Shown here: positions 16,199 through 20,000 of the stretch, in pieces | How positions within the stretch are numbered: position 1 is the stretch's first letter | How the letters are laid out: every line of letters begins with the position of its first letter | Assembly (NCBI GenBank): GCA_964007735.1 | Contig: CAXGAI010000011.1 | Location: forward strand, 107,785 to 127,784 | Direction of reading: 5' to 3' | DNA length: 20,000 nucleotides | Source of the DNA: an uncultured Rhodopirellula sp. | GTDB taxonomy: Bacteria; Planctomycetota; Planctomycetia; Pirellulales; Pirellulaceae | Translations under genes and position numbers: made by a program | Notes under the pieces: model-generated | What the model was told of the DNA's origin: nothing | What the model saw: only the letters and a program-made list of their open reading frames with translations | Database searches by the model: none

Positions 16199-16774
16199 AT
16201 GTTGCGTCTTAATAAACTGACGGTTTTAGCTCTTGCAATCCTTGTAACTGCCCCTGCCTTGCAGGGAGCAGAAAAGACCAAAAAGGTCGCTGCCAAAGAT
16301 ATCACACTGAATGTCCCCACTTCCTGGAAACAATCTCCGGCAAGTAATAATCTGCGTACTGCACAGTTCGCCATTCCTAAAGCCGAGGGGGACAAAGATG
16401 ATGCCGAACTAGTCGTATACTTCTTTGGCGGAGCTGGTGGAGGCGTGAACGCCAACCTCGAACGTTGGTCTGGGCAATTTCAGCCCGGCGGTAAAAAACA
16501 AAAAATCTACAAGGGTGAATCTAAACAGGGTGAATACTATCTATTGGACATTACGGGGGTATACAACAAGCCTATTGGACCGCCAATTAATCGCCAGACA
16601 AACCCAACTCCGGGTTACCAAATGCTCGCCGTCGTATTGATGGTCAAAGATAAAGGAAACTACTTCCTTAAACTGACTGGCCCCCAAAAGACCGTCGCCT
16701 CAGCAGCCCAAGCTCTGCGAATCGCAATCGATGCTGATGCAACCAAAGAAGCTGAGCTGAAACCCGAGAAATAG
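16199..16774 (+). CDS. Exported hypothetical protein
   Basis: 191 aa; AAGGA upstream; signal peptide MLRLNKLTVLALAILVTAPALQG. Conserved-looking blocks VPTSW, GGGVNANLERWSGQF and YFLKLTGP. Confidence 0.8.
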   Translation: MLRLNKLTVLALAILVTAPALQGAEKTKKVAAKDITLNVPTSWKQSPASNNLRTAQFAIPKAEGDKDDAELVVYFFGGAGGGVNANLERWSGQFQPGGKKQKIYKGESKQGEYYLLDITGVYNKPIGPPINRQTNPTPGYQMLAVVLMVKDKGNYFLKLTGPQKTVASAAQALRIAIDADATKEAELKPEK

Positions 16775-16852
16775 AAATTGAATCAGTCGTGTCGTTGAAG
16801 TCAGGCGCCCGCAGATTCAACAGACGAGTTCCCGAGGAAGCAAACGCCAACG

Positions 16853-17923
16853 ATGGCCATTGCACCTGAGCAAACATTACAGTGGGTAGGTGACTCCAAA
16901 GGTCATCTATCTCTTATTGATCAAACGCTGCTACCAACGCAATTGCAGCCTGCAGATTGCCACACGGTGGAAGCGGTTTGGGAAGCTATTAAAGTCCTAC
17001 GCGTACGGGGTGCACCAGCAATCGGGATCGCTGCTGCGTACGGCGTATGCGTCGGCATACAAACACTTGATTTCTGCACTGCTTCCCATGCCCAGCTACG
17101 CCAACGCATTGATGAAGTTACGTCTTATCTTGCAACCAGCAGGCCGACAGCAGTCAATCTATTCTGGGCACTGGAACGCATGTCCGGCAAAGCTAAGTCC
17201 CTGTCGGAAGCCGAGTTTTCTGTCAAACAGATAGCCGACGCATTATTGCAGGAAGCAAAGAGTATTCATGATGAAGATCGGGCTATGTGTCATGCGATCG
17301 GACAACATGGTGCCGAACTTTTATTTGACGGAATGGGCATTATTACCCACTGCAATGCAGGCGGCTTAGCAACCAGCGAGTATGGTACCGCTCTCTCCCT
17401 CTTCTTCACTGCGCAGGATCAGGGCAAAGAGCTAACGGTCTTTGTGGATGAAACGCGACCATTGCTACAAGGAGCTCGGTTAACAGCCTGGGAACTTCTG
17501 CGGCGAAACATCAGTACCGTGCTCATTTGCGACAACATGGCGGCACAAGTCATGCGTGAAGGAAAGGCACAGGTCGTGGTAACCGGTGCCGACCGAATTG
17601 CGGCCAATGGTGACACCGCCAACAAAATCGGAACTTATGGCTTGGCAATTCTGGCTCAACATCACGGTATACCATTTTATGTTGCTGCTCCTAGTAACAC
17701 CTTCGATCTGAATCTAGAATCGGGTGACCTGATCCCTATCGAAGTCCGCACTGATGAAGAGATAACGAATGGCTTTGGCCGGCAAACTGGCCCTGAGGGC
17801 GTCGCCACGTACAACCCGGCTTTTGATGTTACGCCAGCCAATCTGATCGCTGGCATCGTCACTGAAAAAGGTGTTATCAGTCCAGTTAATAACGAAAATA
17901 TCCTGCAGATATTACAAAGCTAA
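16853..17923 (+). CDS. mtnA: S-methyl-5-thioribose-1-phosphate isomerase
   Basis: Canonical motifs DQTLLP, RVRGAPAIG, SRPTAVNLFWAL, THCNAGGLAT, DETRPLLQGARLTAWEL, GADRIAANGDTANKIGTY and NPAFDVTP. Confidence 0.96.
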   Translation: MAIAPEQTLQWVGDSKGHLSLIDQTLLPTQLQPADCHTVEAVWEAIKVLRVRGAPAIGIAAAYGVCVGIQTLDFCTASHAQLRQRIDEVTSYLATSRPTAVNLFWALERMSGKAKSLSEAEFSVKQIADALLQEAKSIHDEDRAMCHAIGQHGAELLFDGMGIITHCNAGGLATSEYGTALSLFFTAQDQGKELTVFVDETRPLLQGARLTAWELLRRNISTVLICDNMAAQVMREGKAQVVVTGADRIAANGDTANKIGTYGLAILAQHHGIPFYVAAPSNTFDLNLESGDLIPIEVRTDEEITNGFGRQTGPEGVATYNPAFDVTPANLIAGIVTEKGVISPVNNENILQILQS

Positions 17924-17925
17924 AC

Positions 17926-19899
17926 TTACTCCTGCAAATACATTCGCCGCTCGTTTCTCTGCTTCAGAAGAAACTCCAGTAAACTCATATCGAGCGAGCC
18001 ATCCTGTTTTCGAAGAACATTTTGTGTCGGACGTTCAACCTCTGCTCTAGTCACCAACATCAGCCTGATTGCTTCAGCTTCCGTTTCGCTCAACTGAGCC
18101 GTAAGCTTTGAATCTATCGACGACTCCAGCTTCTTGAGACTATTAACGGCCATCCACCTCGGAGCATCATAGGGATCGTTCAACCCATAAGCTAAAATAC
18201 TGCCTTGCCAGGTGCGCCCAGACGCTTCCAGGGCGGGTTCCCAACTCAAAGCCCAAGCAGCCAGAGCTCGTTGTCCTGCATCACCGGCGAGCAATGCCAA
18301 GACAACGGACGATATCTTCTGATGTGCGTCGGGCAATTCTTTTTTCTCGTGACCGTACCATTCGTGCAAATGATCTGCTGTCCACTGCAGAGTCTTATCG
18401 ATATGACAGTTATTACAAGCATTCTGTCTTCCAACCAGTAATGTTTCAGGGACCGATGGATTGCTAATCTGATGTGAACGAGCAGCCTTTAGTAACCCGT
18501 ACGAGGTATGTGGCATATGACAGTTGTAACATTTCGATCCCTGGCTGGCACCCAAATGATGTGTATGCTGGGTCAGTTTCAGACCCGTGTAATCCTGGTG
18601 GCAATCAATACACGCCTTATTTGATCTCATACCAACACGTAACTGATCATCATTCCAGGGATCATCAGCACTCCGTTCTGCTGCTCCGTCGTTGTGCATC
18701 GTGTGACACGAAAGGCATGACAATTTCCCTTCGAGATGGCAGGCGGACTCGACAAGTCCGGAATACTCCCGTCCGGTCACTCGCACCATTCCGTCAGCCC
18801 AAAAGACTGATTCGAACAAAGTCGGATCATGTTGAAGCAACTCGGCGGTCATGGCTTCTGTTGGCCTGGTGGCACGAATTAAATGTCTGTGCTCAAGCAA
18901 ATCATCTCCCGGACGGAAACTATTACCCTGCTCGTGCCATGCCTGTGCGTCACCACGCTGTTTAACAGAAGTTGCTCCATGGCAATTCGCACAGACATGG
19001 GACGCACGTCGATGATCCAATTCCAACGGATTAACAATTTGATGAAGGCCTCTAACCTGAGGCTCCTTTTCCGACTCGTAAAAATCAACGTGCTCTTTTC
19101 CAGGCCCATGACAGGCCTCACAAGAAATACCAAATTCCGCGACGGTAGTAAGTGGGTTTTCTTTTCCAAAGTAATCCGCCTTTGGATGAGTTGAGTGACA
19201 TCTGAGACAGGTTGCATTCCACCTACCTACCTCAAAATTCTCACTTTGAACGGGAGGATGAAGAAACGTTGATCGCCGAGGCACCCAAGCCTTCTCAGAA
19301 ACCAAATACGAAAATGGCATCAGCCCTAAAATACGTTTGGGTCCTTCGGGGGGCACGCTATCGGGCAAAGCAAACCAATAGAGTTGCATGTGATGCGAGC
19401 CTGTCAGCAATTTAATTGGCAAACGCGTTAAACCGTCTCCCAAATTGGTTTCTACCCAATACCCATCGTCATCATATTCCAAACGATAAGTCACGCCATC
19501 CAACTGCAAAGTGACATCATTAAAGTCGCCAAGCACCGTCTCTTTACTCGGCAACTGGGTCATACTTTGGTGATAAGATTCATCCCAGGATGCATGTTGG
19601 TCAGCATGACACTTTATGCAATAGCTGCTACCCACATAGCTGTCAGAGGCTTCAACAACCGGAGATCTCTCCGTGTTTACCGGTCGCACATTTACCTTTC
19701 CATCAATTGAATTATTTACCTCAGGACGCAATTCCGGAGATTCAGGTGCAGAATCAGAGAAGCATCCGACCAGCATGACTCCGAGAAGCAACAATAATAC
19801 GGTCGTGATAATACGGCTTCTTTGAATTTGCTGCGTATAGAGACGCACCCAAACCGGGAGCAACAAAACAAAGAAGGCAATAACAATCCAAAGATTCAT
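17926..19899 (-). CDS. Membrane-anchored multiheme c-type cytochrome (8 CxxCH motifs)
   Basis: 657 aa with CIKCH, CLRCH, CEACH, CANCH, CLSCH, CIDCH, CYNCH and CNNCH. Hydrophobic N-terminus and a HEAT-like helical C-terminal region (QRALAAWAL..LNDPYDAPRWMAVNSL). Confidence 0.92.
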   Translation of the reverse strand: MNLWIVIAFFVLLLPVWVRLYTQQIQRSRIITTVLLLLLGVMLVGCFSDSAPESPELRPEVNNSIDGKVNVRPVNTERSPVVEASDSYVGSSYCIKCHADQHASWDESYHQSMTQLPSKETVLGDFNDVTLQLDGVTYRLEYDDDGYWVETNLGDGLTRLPIKLLTGSHHMQLYWFALPDSVPPEGPKRILGLMPFSYLVSEKAWVPRRSTFLHPPVQSENFEVGRWNATCLRCHSTHPKADYFGKENPLTTVAEFGISCEACHGPGKEHVDFYESEKEPQVRGLHQIVNPLELDHRRASHVCANCHGATSVKQRGDAQAWHEQGNSFRPGDDLLEHRHLIRATRPTEAMTAELLQHDPTLFESVFWADGMVRVTGREYSGLVESACHLEGKLSCLSCHTMHNDGAAERSADDPWNDDQLRVGMRSNKACIDCHQDYTGLKLTQHTHHLGASQGSKCYNCHMPHTSYGLLKAARSHQISNPSVPETLLVGRQNACNNCHIDKTLQWTADHLHEWYGHEKKELPDAHQKISSVVLALLAGDAGQRALAAWALSWEPALEASGRTWQGSILAYGLNDPYDAPRWMAVNSLKKLESSIDSKLTAQLSETEAEAIRLMLVTRAEVERPTQNVLRKQDGSLDMSLLEFLLKQRNERRMYLQE

Positions 19900-20000
19900 C
19901 GGATTAACTCATGTGGAGAACCAATATTCCGCGCGCGGAGTTTATTCTTTATATCTGCGTATTCCCAGTACCCGCCGCATAATTCCCCACAGCAATCCAA

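Noticed and set aside
16000..16455. 151-aa minus-strand ORF
   Set aside because: Antisense to two well-supported plus-strand genes, and its composition mirrors them.
17926..19899. Assigning nrfA or hao to the multiheme cytochrome
   Set aside because: There is no CxxCK, and no recognisable NrfA/HAO signatures or partner genes in the window.

Overview
Gene-dense chromosomal window, most likely from a Planctomycete (Pirellulales-like). The evidence is an 'ERLESRQLL' Planctomycete export motif, a DUF1598-type protein, a zinc-ribbon/GYF_2 membrane protein and several Planctomycete-style hypotheticals. It holds about 16 CDSs. One is the first 950 codons of a giant surface protein with a cyclophilin domain and Ig/cadherin-like repeats, which runs off the left edge and is missing from the ORF track. 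The others are a class II (c'-type) cytochrome c, an ApbE flavin transferase, a secreted His/Glu-rich repeat protein, DUF1598, a degenerate LarA-fold protein, YgfZ, a NUDIX/M29 aminopeptidase/RmlD-like run, mtnA, an 8-CxxCH multiheme cytochrome and hypotheticals. I saw no rRNA, tRNA, CRISPR array or mobile element. No single new multi-gene system can be demonstrated. The most notable signals are the His-rich helical-hairpin repeat protein, two apparent pseudo-enzymes (LarA fold without nickel-pincer residues; RmlD-like with YxxxM instead of YxxxK), an internally duplicated cytochrome with one heme-less half, an ApbE with a twin-arginine motif but no h-region, and several intergenic repeats. 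All family assignments come from motif recognition by eye; no database searches were run.
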